51,971 bases of DNA, taken from the NCBI GenBank assembly GCA_038279365.1, contig JAYODI010000034.1:1-51971 (forward strand), written 5' to 3'. Below, piece after piece: positions 17,456 through 29,260 of this stretch. This DNA comes from Candidatus Latescibacterota bacterium. Its GTDB lineage: Bacteria; Latescibacterota; UBA2968. The notes below the pieces were generated by a model, which had not been told where the DNA came from, did not search any database, and saw only the letters and a list, made by a program, of their open reading frames with translations. The position numbers and the translations under genes were made by a program. Position 1 is the stretch's first letter; each line of letters begins with the position of its first letter.

Positions 17456-19369
17456 TTAAAATGTGTGTTGTAATTGTTGATCTTGGAATTGAATGTCGTA
17501 AATACCTGTGTTGTATTCTGTGTGGCAATAGGGATTTTCGAAGCGTGGATAGTTGCGCAGTGATATTTCCTTTCCATTGTAGATGAGGGGGTTGTTCCAT
17601 CCGAATTGGATTTCACCAAGGTTGGGTGCGTGATAGGTGACGGTTAGGTCATTGTAAGTGACGGATGAGGATGTGATTTTTTCACACCATGTTTCAAAAT
17701 TGCCATCAATGGCTTGGCGACCCAGTTGGCAAATGTATATGTTTTGACGCCCTTGGGCAATGAATCCTTCGGTGTCAAAAATAAAGTCGGGTGTCCATTC
17801 GGTGGGATGTTGTGATTTGAGTGCAATATAACCGTTGTCTTTTTGTGCGCAGATCCAACCGTTTTGTTCGATGACTTTGTCGAATTTTTGACGGGGAAAA
17901 GCTGCCACCGTGTAGGGCAACAGAATTTCTTCTGAGGGTGCGGGCGATGGTGCGGCGTTGCCTTCTGCTTCGGGCGGGAATTCGGTGGGTGGGCCTAAGG
18001 GCGGTTGATCGGGGATGTTGTAGATGGCGATCACGCAGTTTTGAATTTGTGCGGCGCGGGGCAAACGGCCTTGCCAATATTTGAGGCTTTTGTTGTCTTC
18101 GGAGCCACGGTGTAAGGTGAAGACGGGTGTGTTGTTGCTGAGTGTGGCTTGCCAAATGTGCTGTTGAAAGCCGAGTTTGCCTTTTCGAAAATCTTGTGCA
18201 CAGGAGAGTTGATAGTCGGGTGTACGATAGGTGATTTTGTTGACTTCGGAGAGTGTGCGTCTGTCCATGTCGCCATCGTGTTCTATGTGTGCGTTGTCGA
18301 GTGCTTCATAGGATTTGAGTACGGCATTGACATAGGGGCGAATGATGAGGTTGAAACACCCCGACTGAAATTGATCGGCGAGTTGGAGGGTTTGATGCGC
18401 GGTGATTCGGTTGGCAAACATGCCAGCGGCCCACATGGGCATGGCGGTTTCTGGGTCGCTGGGATGAATGCCCAAGGCGTTTGCATTTTCGAGATTGAAA
18501 CTGTGGCGTTCGAGGTTGGTGATTTCTTCGGGGGAATGATTGGCAATTTGTTGGATGATTTCGGGTACTTGATAGCGATAGCTGGTGGCCAAGCTGACAG
18601 CGGTCATGCTGTTTGCGCTTGTGAATGCGCCTTTGTCGAAGGCGATCTTTTGTGTGGTGGTGAGTGCATCACCATCTTCGTTGAGTGCGTGACGGGGATA
18701 GGTTCGACCATGTGAGGTTGCAAAGACGCCGTTGATGGAGTCTACGGCGATATCGAAAAACATAACGTCGAGCAATTTGCTTGCGGCGCTTGCAATGATG
18801 GGATCGGCGGCAAAGTCGGCAAGGTTAATGAGCGGGGCCATGTGTTCGTCGTAATAACAGTTGGAGTCCCATTCTGAAAAGCCAATGCGGGCACGTAGGT
18901 TGATCCAGTTGAGGATTTTGGTGCGTGCTTTGGCCATGTGTTGTGCGCCAGTGAGGTTGGCGTTTGGAAATGTGTGGGTTGGAAAAAGTTGCCCTGCGAG
19001 GTATTCGGCACTGTGGAAAAGGATTTGGTGGTTTTCTGTCCAGAAGAACATGAGGTCGTGGCCGGGTTCATCGACCCAATATTTGAAGTTGAGAACGGTG
19101 GTGTGTATTTCTTTGAGGAGTTGGGGAGATAGAAGTGAATGTTGTGGGTATTGATAACAGAGGCGCATGAGGCCAACAAAGGTGAAGTCGGAACAATCTT
19201 TGCGGTTGTTGACGTGTTCGAGTGCGGCTCGGATGCAGTCTTCGTCAATGGGGCCTTGGCTGAGTTCGAGGCGACAGAGCTGAGATAAAAAGCCTGTGCG
19301 TCCACCCCCTGATTTGGATTGGGCTGAATATTCGAGAAAGGCGCGTTTGCGTTGTTCGTAATTTGACAT
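17456..19369 (-). CDS. Cytoplasmic alpha/alpha-toroid polysaccharide-lyase-like protein, tentatively of the heparinase II/III or oligo-alginate-lyase superfamily. It is a paralog of 45615..47951
   Basis: There is no signal peptide. The conserved block YWxDEPGxDxMxFxxENHxxLFH plus a downstream Tyr resembles the NH...Y catalytic arrangement of alpha/alpha-toroid lyases. This rests on motif recall only. The start at ATG 19369 (MSNYEQ) was chosen over the longer track ORF. Confidence 0.4.
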   Translation of the reverse strand: MSNYEQRKRAFLEYSAQSKSGGGRTGFLSQLCRLELSQGPIDEDCIRAALEHVNNRKDCSDFTFVGLMRLCYQYPQHSLLSPQLLKEIHTTVLNFKYWVDEPGHDLMFFWTENHQILFHSAEYLAGQLFPTHTFPNANLTGAQHMAKARTKILNWINLRARIGFSEWDSNCYYDEHMAPLINLADFAADPIIASAASKLLDVMFFDIAVDSINGVFATSHGRTYPRHALNEDGDALTTTQKIAFDKGAFTSANSMTAVSLATSYRYQVPEIIQQIANHSPEEITNLERHSFNLENANALGIHPSDPETAMPMWAAGMFANRITAHQTLQLADQFQSGCFNLIIRPYVNAVLKSYEALDNAHIEHDGDMDRRTLSEVNKITYRTPDYQLSCAQDFRKGKLGFQQHIWQATLSNNTPVFTLHRGSEDNKSLKYWQGRLPRAAQIQNCVIAIYNIPDQPPLGPPTEFPPEAEGNAAPSPAPSEEILLPYTVAAFPRQKFDKVIEQNGWICAQKDNGYIALKSQHPTEWTPDFIFDTEGFIAQGRQNIYICQLGRQAIDGNFETWCEKITSSSVTYNDLTVTYHAPNLGEIQFGWNNPLIYNGKEISLRNYPRFENPYCHTEYNTGIYDIQFQDQQLQHTF

Positions 19370-19420
19370 AAAAAATTTACCTCTGTGATGGTTCGTAGAT
19401 TTAATTATGAAGTACAATGA

Positions 19421-19460
19421 TAGCAAAAGAAAACACCCTCGGAAAGAGATTCCGAGGGCG
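19421..19460 (-). terminator. Rho-independent terminator downstream of the ankyrin gene
   Basis: The stem ccctcgga/tccgaggg has a T-run on the minus strand. Confidence 0.55.
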
Positions 19461-19523
19461 TGTGTGCGTTATTTTTGGAAGATATTTAAAGTACGATGGC
19501 GAGTTTCATGGTGGTGTCTTTCT

Positions 19524-21212
19524 TTATAAGTAGCGTTGAATGAGGGCTGCGATTTCTGTGTGGCCCTTTTTTTGTGCCCAGGCAAGAGGTGTGGCCCAAT
19601 CTTCTCCGGCAAGTGTGGGATCTGCACCGCGTTCGAGATAGAGGCAAGCCAGGTCGTATTTGCCCCAGCGAACGGCCCAACCCAATGGGGTAGATTGTAA
19701 GAGGTCATCTATGACATTGAGGTCTGCGCCGTGATCACAGAGGATTTCGGCAAAGGTGACACGTTCTTTTTCGGTCATAATGGGTTCGCCCCATACCACA
19801 CCGCAAGCGGCGAGGTCGTGGGCGATGCGATAACCATAACGGCCCACGAGATTGGTGCTGACGCCATGATCGAGGATCATGCGAAAGATTTCGGGATAGA
19901 CTGAGCGATCAAAGTCGCGGTGTTTGCGATGTGGACCGACACGCCACAGGCGAAGGGGTTGTTCGAGCAAGTTGAACCAACGGCTGTCGTCGGGTGCCCA
20001 GTCGAGTTGGCGCAAACACATGCCTACAATGTTGATGTCGCCCCCACATCCTGCAGACCAAAGCAACTGTTTGGCCAGTGAGGGATCGTTTTGGAGGGCA
20101 ACGGCGGCGGCTGAGGTTTCGCCTTCAAGACCGGCGGTGGTGTGGTCGAGTGTGGCCCCGTAGCGAAAGAGCAGGCCTTTCATTTTGTCATCGCGGTTGT
20201 TGTAGGCGGCAGCGATGGGGTTGCCACTGGCATACATGCTGGCATTGGGGTCTGCACCGCTTTTGAGCAACAATTCGGCAATTTCATATTGTGAATTGCC
20301 TGCGGCATGGCCAAGGGGCTGGCCCCAACTGTAGGGTTTGGATTCGTAATGGTGAAGTTGGTGGCGATCATCGGGGTGAAGGCCGAGGTCTAATAACAAG
20401 GTTAGCATTTCGATGTTGTTGTTTTGAACGGCTATTTGGAGCAGGCCATCACGGTCGCTGTCGTTGGATTGGAAACGCTCGGGATGGTTTTGGGCATATT
20501 GTTTGACGAAGGCTTGATCATTTAGAGCAATCGCAGATTCTAAGGAGAGTGTGCATCCGGCTTGGAGAAGTAGGCCCGCACAAATGAGACAGCCTTCGTT
20601 TAGGGGCCTGTTGCGACCCCGCACATTGTGAACGGCTCCGTCGAGGGGCGATTGGCCTTCGGGTATGAGGTGGGTGATGTCGGCACCGCGTTTGAGGAGT
20701 TCTTGCACAAGTTGATAACGGCCTTTTGAGGCGGCGGCGTAGATGACACTGCCGCCGTTTCTGTGACAGGCATCGAGCAGGTCGGGGTTTTGGTCGAGGA
20801 TGGTTAAGGCTTTTTGGTCTTGTGCGTTTTGAACGGCTTCAAAGAGGGCGTCGTTTTCTTCGCTGATGGTGATGTTTGCACAAGCGGCCAGTTTGCGTTT
20901 TTCGTCTTCTTCACGGATGATGTTGACAATGTCGTCATAACCGCGTTCTTGTGCGATGGTGAAGGCGTCTGTGGCATCGCGGTGGGGGTAGATGCCTGAA
21001 GTGTGAATGGCACCCGCTTCCATGAGCACACGCACCGCGTCGGTGTGTTGGTTCATGACGGCGTAGTGAATGGCGCGGTGTTCGTTGTTTTCGGCCATGT
21101 GTACATTGACAAGGTCGGGTTGTGTAGCGAGGATTTCTTGGATTTTATCGACGTTGCCATCTGTGGCGGCTTTGCACAGGTCAGCAACTTTGTAGGTGCC
21201 ATTTGTGTTCAT
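19524..21212 (-). CDS. Ankyrin-repeat protein (562 aa) with no other recognisable domain
   Basis: Canonical ankyrin repeats recur (e.g. TPLGWAVRWGKYDLACLYLERGADPTLAGEDWATPLAWAQKKGHTEIAALI). The RBS aaggag precedes the ATG. Confidence 0.85.
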   Translation of the reverse strand: MNTNGTYKVADLCKAATDGNVDKIQEILATQPDLVNVHMAENNEHRAIHYAVMNQHTDAVRVLMEAGAIHTSGIYPHRDATDAFTIAQERGYDDIVNIIREEDEKRKLAACANITISEENDALFEAVQNAQDQKALTILDQNPDLLDACHRNGGSVIYAAASKGRYQLVQELLKRGADITHLIPEGQSPLDGAVHNVRGRNRPLNEGCLICAGLLLQAGCTLSLESAIALNDQAFVKQYAQNHPERFQSNDSDRDGLLQIAVQNNNIEMLTLLLDLGLHPDDRHQLHHYESKPYSWGQPLGHAAGNSQYEIAELLLKSGADPNASMYASGNPIAAAYNNRDDKMKGLLFRYGATLDHTTAGLEGETSAAAVALQNDPSLAKQLLWSAGCGGDINIVGMCLRQLDWAPDDSRWFNLLEQPLRLWRVGPHRKHRDFDRSVYPEIFRMILDHGVSTNLVGRYGYRIAHDLAACGVVWGEPIMTEKERVTFAEILCDHGADLNVIDDLLQSTPLGWAVRWGKYDLACLYLERGADPTLAGEDWATPLAWAQKKGHTEIAALIQRYL

Positions 21213-21227
21213 AAACGCTCCTTATGT

Positions 21228-21575
21228 TTATGTCGTCCAGCGTTCGATGATTTGCCCTTGGTTGTTGAGTTTTATGATGGCTGTGGCTGTTTTGTTAAAA
21301 AGCTCTGAGGTGTCTTTGTGGGTGCCTGTCCATGTTATGTGTGCGATTACGCGAAGGTTTTGTGATGTGATTTTTGTGATGTGTATTTGGAGATCGGGAT
21401 ACTGGGATAAGAAATGGCCGACCCATTTTTTGGTTGCTTTTGGTCCGGGTGGTGAATTTGGACCTGCATCGTGATCAACATAGTTGGGGGCGAGCAGTTC
21501 GTCGCAGACGGAGAGGTCTTTTTTGTTGAGTAAGCGGTCGAAGTATTCGCGGACGATGGCTTTGGAGTTGGTCAT
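21228..21575 (-). CDS. SnoaL-like / NTF2-fold protein of the ester-cyclase family
   Basis: KAIVREYFDRLLNKKDLSVCDELLAPNYVDHDAGP...IIERWTT is typical of SnoaL-like ester cyclases. Confidence 0.65.
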   Translation of the reverse strand: MTNSKAIVREYFDRLLNKKDLSVCDELLAPNYVDHDAGPNSPPGPKATKKWVGHFLSQYPDLQIHITKITSQNLRVIAHITWTGTHKDTSELFNKTATAIIKLNNQGQIIERWTT

Positions 21576-21620
21576 TTGATCTAAGAGGTTTGTGTATAAA
21601 TGTGAACGATGCGTTTGAGA

Positions 21621-22490
21621 TTAATGCGAGGACAATCGCCCGTTGGCTTTGAGGGTGAGCAAATTTTCTAAGGTGAGCCAACCACGCCATTCGAGTTCGC
21701 AGGCGGGGCTGGTTGCAGGCCAGGTGATATTCCAACCGCCATCTTCTTGTTGGTCTGCAATCAGGACGTCTAAGTTTGCTTCGATGTCTTCTGTTTTAAA
21801 ATATTTGCGAAGGGGGTGATCGGGTGTGCCTGCCCAGTCGAGGGGTTTGCGCACATAACCGGTGTCGTTAATATCGGCAACCAGATCGGATTGCAAAAAT
21901 GGGTCAATGAGGCGTGCCAGTTCTCTTTCTGCGCGATCTCGGTCGGATGCGTGATAAAGAAATGAGAGCGCCACACCCATGGTATGCATTTCGTTGGGTT
22001 CTAATGTGGCAATTTCTTTCCAGCAGAATTCGGTTGCGGGGGCCAGCCAATTGTGTTGGAAATTATTTTTGTGTAACAAGGCGGCAAGGCCTGCTGTGGG
22101 ATTGAGAGATGCGGGTTGATTTTCTTGGGCGTTCCACCACGGTGCACGCGGATAGGCGTGTGCAGATGGCATGAGCCAAGGAACGCCTCCTTGAGATGTT
22201 GTGATGGTGAGGAGATAATCGCAGGCCGATTGGGCTATTGGGGCGTCAAAGCCAACTGTGTCGAGTATTTTGAGTGCGTGTTCGACGGGCACGGGTTGGC
22301 TGTTTGGGCATCTGATGTCGGGTTCGAGCGCGTGACCAAATCCGCCATCTGCATTTTGATAGGCAAGTAGGGTTGAGATGACGGCTTCACTTGAGCCATT
22401 TTTGAAATGATAGGCAAAAAGATGGCGATCAATTAAGCGGGCATTTTTATAGATGAATGTTTCGGCGCGTTCTAAGATGGTTTGGTTCAT
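21621..22490 (-). CDS. Hypothetical protein with prenyltransferase/terpene-cyclase-like (alpha/alpha-toroid QxxDGGW) repeats
   Basis: The motifs QNADGGFG, TSQGGVPW and QQEDGGWN recur. The start was set at the internal ATG 22490 (MNQTILER), which has the RBS aaggaa. The upstream 125 codons of the track ORF are low-complexity and would overlap the preceding gene. Confidence 0.5.
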   Translation of the reverse strand: MNQTILERAETFIYKNARLIDRHLFAYHFKNGSSEAVISTLLAYQNADGGFGHALEPDIRCPNSQPVPVEHALKILDTVGFDAPIAQSACDYLLTITTSQGGVPWLMPSAHAYPRAPWWNAQENQPASLNPTAGLAALLHKNNFQHNWLAPATEFCWKEIATLEPNEMHTMGVALSFLYHASDRDRAERELARLIDPFLQSDLVADINDTGYVRKPLDWAGTPDHPLRKYFKTEDIEANLDVLIADQQEDGGWNITWPATSPACELEWRGWLTLENLLTLKANGRLSSH

Positions 22491-22509
22491 GGTGCAATTC
22501 CTTAGACGT

Positions 22510-23619
22510 TTAGGTGATGGCAATGCTGTAGACGGGTGGTAAATAGTTGGAGAGCGTGTTCCATGACTCGCCCTGATTTTCAGAGATCCAAACATTGCCT
22601 GTGGTGGAGCCAAATGCGAGGGTGTTGCCTTTGGGATCGCAGTCGAGCGCGTGGCGAAAGACGATGTCATAAGCATCTGTTTGAGGTAATCCTGTGCGAA
22701 TGGTTTGCCATGTTTTGCCACCATCAGTGGTTTTGTTGACAATGACTTTGCCATCAACGGGAATGCGCATTTCGTCTTTTTCGGCAGGGACCAACCACGC
22801 GATGTCAGGATTGTGAGGATGAACACAGACGGCAAATCCAAAGGCCGATGGGGTGAGGTTTTCAATGGATGACCAGTTTAGGCCACGGTCTTGGGAGACA
22901 AAGACGCCATTGTGATGTTGGGTCCAGAGTGTGTCGGGATTGTTGAGGCATTGTACGATGCGATGGGGATCTTGGAAAATGGGATTGTCTCTTTGGTCGG
23001 GGGGCATATATTCGGCAAACATGCCTTTGCTGCGCACGTTCCATGTTTGCCCACCGTCGGGTGTGTGCCAAGCGCCTCCACACGAGACGCCGATGATGAC
23101 GTCATTTGGGTCGGTGGGATGAACGCAAATGGAGTGAAGACCGGCATAGTCTTCGCCACCACCAAACCATTGCTTGCGTTCTTCTTTTTCCCATAATGAA
23201 GTGATCAACTCCCAAGTGTTGCCTTTGTCGGTGGATTTGAAGAGGCCACCGGGAATGGTGCCACACCATAATACATTGGGTTGAGATGCGTGACCGGGCG
23301 TGAGGCTCCAGATTTTTTCGAGTTTGGGTTGGTACCATGTTTCTTCGGGTTCGGATGACATACGTTTTTCTTTGGGCAGATCGGATGGGTATTGCGGGGT
23401 TGCGATTTCTGCCCAGGTTTGTCCGTTGTCTGTGGAGCGGTGAATTTTGGTGCCAAAGTGGCCGTGTAATAAAACGGCATAAAGCGATTTGTCTCGAGGA
23501 TCGGCCATGACCATGTTGACAGGAATGCCGAGAAATTCTTTGTGCGTGAGTGCCCAGCCTTGTGTTTGTTTTTCGTAGATGAACAACCCTTTGCGGGTGC
23601 CGATGAGGATGTTGTGCAT
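22510..23619 (-). CDS. BNR/Asp-box repeat protein, a sialidase-like six-bladed beta-propeller, cytoplasmic
   Basis: There are six SxDxGxTW-type Asp-boxes (STDNGQTW, STDKGNTW, TPDGGQTW, SQDRGLNW, TTDGGKTW, SENQGESW). There is no signal peptide. The start was taken at ATG 23619 (MHNILIG), which has the RBS ggag. Confidence 0.7.
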   Translation of the reverse strand: MHNILIGTRKGLFIYEKQTQGWALTHKEFLGIPVNMVMADPRDKSLYAVLLHGHFGTKIHRSTDNGQTWAEIATPQYPSDLPKEKRMSSEPEETWYQPKLEKIWSLTPGHASQPNVLWCGTIPGGLFKSTDKGNTWELITSLWEKEERKQWFGGGEDYAGLHSICVHPTDPNDVIIGVSCGGAWHTPDGGQTWNVRSKGMFAEYMPPDQRDNPIFQDPHRIVQCLNNPDTLWTQHHNGVFVSQDRGLNWSSIENLTPSAFGFAVCVHPHNPDIAWLVPAEKDEMRIPVDGKVIVNKTTDGGKTWQTIRTGLPQTDAYDIVFRHALDCDPKGNTLAFGSTTGNVWISENQGESWNTLSNYLPPVYSIAIT

Positions 23620-23652
23620 TTCTTTCTCCAACTCTTATTGTGATGATGGGGC

Positions 23653-23922
23653 CTATCCGCCTGAGAGGGCTTGAAAAATGTAGACTTCTGCGTTTTCGGG
23701 CGTGGGATCGGATAAGTGAACACGGTCTTGAATGCGCTCACCGTTGATGAAGATAACAATGTGTTTGCGCACGGCATTGTGATCGTCTAAGACATATCCT
23801 TTTGCTTCGGGCAAGTTTTCAAAAACGCGATTCAACACTTCTTTGAGCGTTTTGCCAGAGACGATTTGTGTGGGACACGAGACGTGTCGCTGAATGTTGC
23901 TGGTGAATTGTACGGTGATCAT
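23653..23922 (-). CDS. MoaD/ThiS-family ubiquitin-like small protein ending in Gly-Gly
   Basis: It is 89 aa and its C-terminus is ...YIFQALSGG-stop. The VHLSDPTPENAEVYI pattern is MoaD-like. Confidence 0.6.
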   Translation of the reverse strand: MITVQFTSNIQRHVSCPTQIVSGKTLKEVLNRVFENLPEAKGYVLDDHNAVRKHIVIFINGERIQDRVHLSDPTPENAEVYIFQALSGG

Positions 23923-24104
23923 GGTTTAAGCTTTGTGATGTTGGCCAAAGGCGATGACATATCTATCGGGGTCTTTGATGGCAAACGTTTTATAAATGCC
24001 GATGCTTCGCAGATGGTTACTGTTGCACCATATTCTAAAAGCAAGTTTACAAGCTATGGAACAACTTCATTTACTGTCATTTCAACTCTCCAGTGACTTG
24101 TTAT

Positions 24105-24644
24105 TTAAATATCTGCACCAAGGGCAAGGAAATAATTGGCGAATTCTTTGCGATTTCTATCCGTAGCTATCTTAAGGGGTGTTCCCCAGTAAGCGCTTCT
24201 TATATTCTTGTCCATACCGAGTTCGAGCAAAATTTTGGCTGCCTCTAAGTTACCCCACCAAGCTGCAGCATGAAGTACACTGTACCCCTCTTGTCCTTCG
24301 GCCATTGCCGTGAGTGAAATATCTGCGCCTTTATCTATCAGATATTTGAATACTTCAATCGCTCCAATTTGTGTTGCCTGAAGGAGGGGGGTATTCCGTT
24401 CGTGAGTCCATTGGCAGTTTACCAAATTGGGGTCATTTTCAACCAATCGCCTAACCCCATCTAAATTTCCTGTGCCACTCATAAATTGGATTTGCCAATA
24501 TTTCGCAAGTATCGAAAAATCTAAATTGTCTGGGTTTTCAAACGCGATGAAAGATGGGTCTTCTTTGCATATCTGATGCATTAAATCAACATCTCCATCC
24601 ATGCACGCGGCTCTGAATTTCCAAATATTCTCATCCTGGCTCAT
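24105..24644 (-). CDS. Small ankyrin-repeat protein (179 aa)
   Basis: About 4 ankyrin repeats are present (NTPLLQATQIGAIEVFKYLIDKGADI; YSVLHAAAWWGNLEAAKILLELGMDKN...). Confidence 0.8.
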   Translation of the reverse strand: MSQDENIWKFRAACMDGDVDLMHQICKEDPSFIAFENPDNLDFSILAKYWQIQFMSGTGNLDGVRRLVENDPNLVNCQWTHERNTPLLQATQIGAIEVFKYLIDKGADISLTAMAEGQEGYSVLHAAAWWGNLEAAKILLELGMDKNIRSAYWGTPLKIATDRNRKEFANYFLALGADI

Positions 24645-24662
24645 GCTGGTTTTCCTAACTGT

Positions 24663-27527
<2,865 letters not shown>

Positions 27528-27571
27528 GAGATGACCTCAAAAATGCGAAAATGCGAATCGAAAAGCGGAAT

Positions 27572-27949
27572 CTATTCATCAAGTGGCAGGTTCTTTTTTG
27601 TTTCTGTGCCAAGCCATAAGATGTTGCCGTCTATATCTTCAAATTTCATTTCATATGCCCACGTGCAATTTTTGGGTTCTTGATAGACTTTAACGCCATT
27701 GTCTTTGTAGGTTTGAAACAACGTATCATCTTCTAATCCTATCCAGACCCATGAACGGCAATTTTGAGCATCTATTTGAGAGAGCATGATTGGGTGGCCA
27801 CCTTTTGAAACAGAACAAACAACATCGCCTTCCCAATCGAGCTTAAACCCAAGCTTTTCTGTATAGAATTTTTTACTGGCTTGTAGGTTTTTGACGCCTA
27901 AGACTGGAATGGTGTTTTCAACTTTTTCTGTGTGATCATGATCTGCCAT
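27572..27949 (-). CDS. VOC (glyoxalase/bleomycin-resistance/dioxygenase) family protein
   Basis: It is 125 aa and VLGVKNLQASKKFYTEKLGFKL is a typical VOC beta-alpha-beta-beta-beta start. A hand-read of the printed text gave an apparent stop in this gene; the ORF track is intact and was trusted (see the rejected list). Confidence 0.65.
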   Translation of the reverse strand: MADHDHTEKVENTIPVLGVKNLQASKKFYTEKLGFKLDWEGDVVCSVSKGGHPIMLSQIDAQNCRSWVWIGLEDDTLFQTYKDNGVKVYQEPKNCTWAYEMKFEDIDGNILWLGTETKKNLPLDE

Positions 27950-28059
27950 GGTATCTCCTGTTTTGATTGGCCCTCACCCTCGTTTTCTCTCTCGCAATAG
28001 GGAAGACGGTGTTGGTGCTTTAGATATGAAAGCCTATTATGCGATCTGGGTTAAGATGG

Positions 28060-29001
28060 TCAAATTAAGTCAATGGCATCTTCGTCGTAGTAATAGGCGG
28101 GTTCTTCAAATGCGATGCGGCTTTTGTCGGTGAGGCGAATGGGGCTGGCAAGTTTTTCGATAATGTCTTGCTTGACGAGCCATTCGCAGGCTTCTTCGAG
28201 GCCGCCACCTTGGATTTTTTTCTTGAAGTGATCGTTGATTTCTGATAGGGCACGCACTTCACCTGATTCGGTGAGATAGTCGAGTAAGGGTCGAAAGAGA
28301 TCAAATGCTTTTTCTTCGAGGTAGTGGTTGATTTGATCTAATGCATGTTGGACATTTTTTTTGTTTTTGGGTTGGTCCATGAGTTTGGTGTAGACGGTGT
28401 TGAAGAATTCGGGGTTGAACTTGAGGGCTTGGTGAATGACTTCGCGGGCAGGGGCTTCGTTTTGGGAGACAACTTCGATGATGGCCAAACTGCGCACAAC
28501 TTGCATGAGCCACCAAAAGCTGTAGGCGTAGTCTTCTTTGAGGTGGAAGTATTTTTCGGCCTTGTTGAGGGATGGCATGGCAGATGCGGCGGCACGCATG
28601 AGTTGAAAAACTTGGTCGCGTGTGCCCACACGGTCTATGGTGTTATACCATTCTTTGATGGAGTCGTCTTTGGTGAATAGAAGGGTGCTTTTGGTGAAGG
28701 AAAAGTCGAGCCACCCACCGGTAAGGTCGCCTTCGATACGGCGTTTGAATTCGCTGCGTTTGACGAGTTGGGCATGAATATTGATGTCGTATTCGGTGAG
28801 GGTATGACCGCCCTCCTTTTGGTCGTCTTCTACAATGACCCACATGTCGATGTCTGAGTTTTCCCAGACTTCGTCGTATGACAAACTGCCAAAGAGAATG
28901 GCGGCAACCACAATGCGGTCTTGCTCAAGTTTGTCGGTGAGGGACGCAAGGGCTTGTTCGTAACGTTTTTGAATGGCGTTTTGCACAGCGATGGGCATCA
29001 T
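28060..29001 (-). CDS. Pol-beta-superfamily nucleotidyltransferase-domain protein, possibly ANT-like
   Basis: The NTase motif is GSLSYDEVWENSDIDMWVIVED (GS...DxD). The start at ATGATG 29001 has the RBS aaggagg. The ~230 aa C-terminal helical domain has unknown function. Confidence 0.55.
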   Translation of the reverse strand: MMPIAVQNAIQKRYEQALASLTDKLEQDRIVVAAILFGSLSYDEVWENSDIDMWVIVEDDQKEGGHTLTEYDINIHAQLVKRSEFKRRIEGDLTGGWLDFSFTKSTLLFTKDDSIKEWYNTIDRVGTRDQVFQLMRAAASAMPSLNKAEKYFHLKEDYAYSFWWLMQVVRSLAIIEVVSQNEAPAREVIHQALKFNPEFFNTVYTKLMDQPKNKKNVQHALDQINHYLEEKAFDLFRPLLDYLTESGEVRALSEINDHFKKKIQGGGLEEACEWLVKQDIIEKLASPIRLTDKSRIAFEEPAYYYDEDAIDLI

Positions 29002-29260
29002 GACCTCCTTTGAGCAGTGAGAAGAAAGAAGTGAGAGGAAAGATGATTTGACCATACTCTTGCTTCCTTTTTACTTCTCTCTTCTTTCTCTTTGCATACT
29101 GCACACATGTATAGTTATTGTTTTGGGGTCTGTCAAGGGTGAACTGGCCATGTAAAAGGTGAAGTCTATTTAGAATTTTTTTGTGCTTTCTGAATTGGGA
29201 TGGGTCATATATCTTTATCGCCTTGTGAAAAACAGCGACCTTTTATTTTGAGGAATACTT

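Noticed and set aside
23866-24096. A 76-aa ORF on the + strand in the gap between the MoaD-like and ankyrin genes
   Set aside because: It has no RBS or homology signal and lies antisense to a probable operon leader or spacer.
27890-27949. Apparent in-frame TAG in the VOC gene when translating the printed sequence by eye (around 27899-27901)
   Set aside because: The supplied ORF track gives an intact 125-aa protein whose coordinates imply one extra nucleotide there. This is most likely a reading or indexing slip on my side and not a frameshift, so no pseudogene call was made. It also means my hand-derived coordinates may be off by 1 nt.
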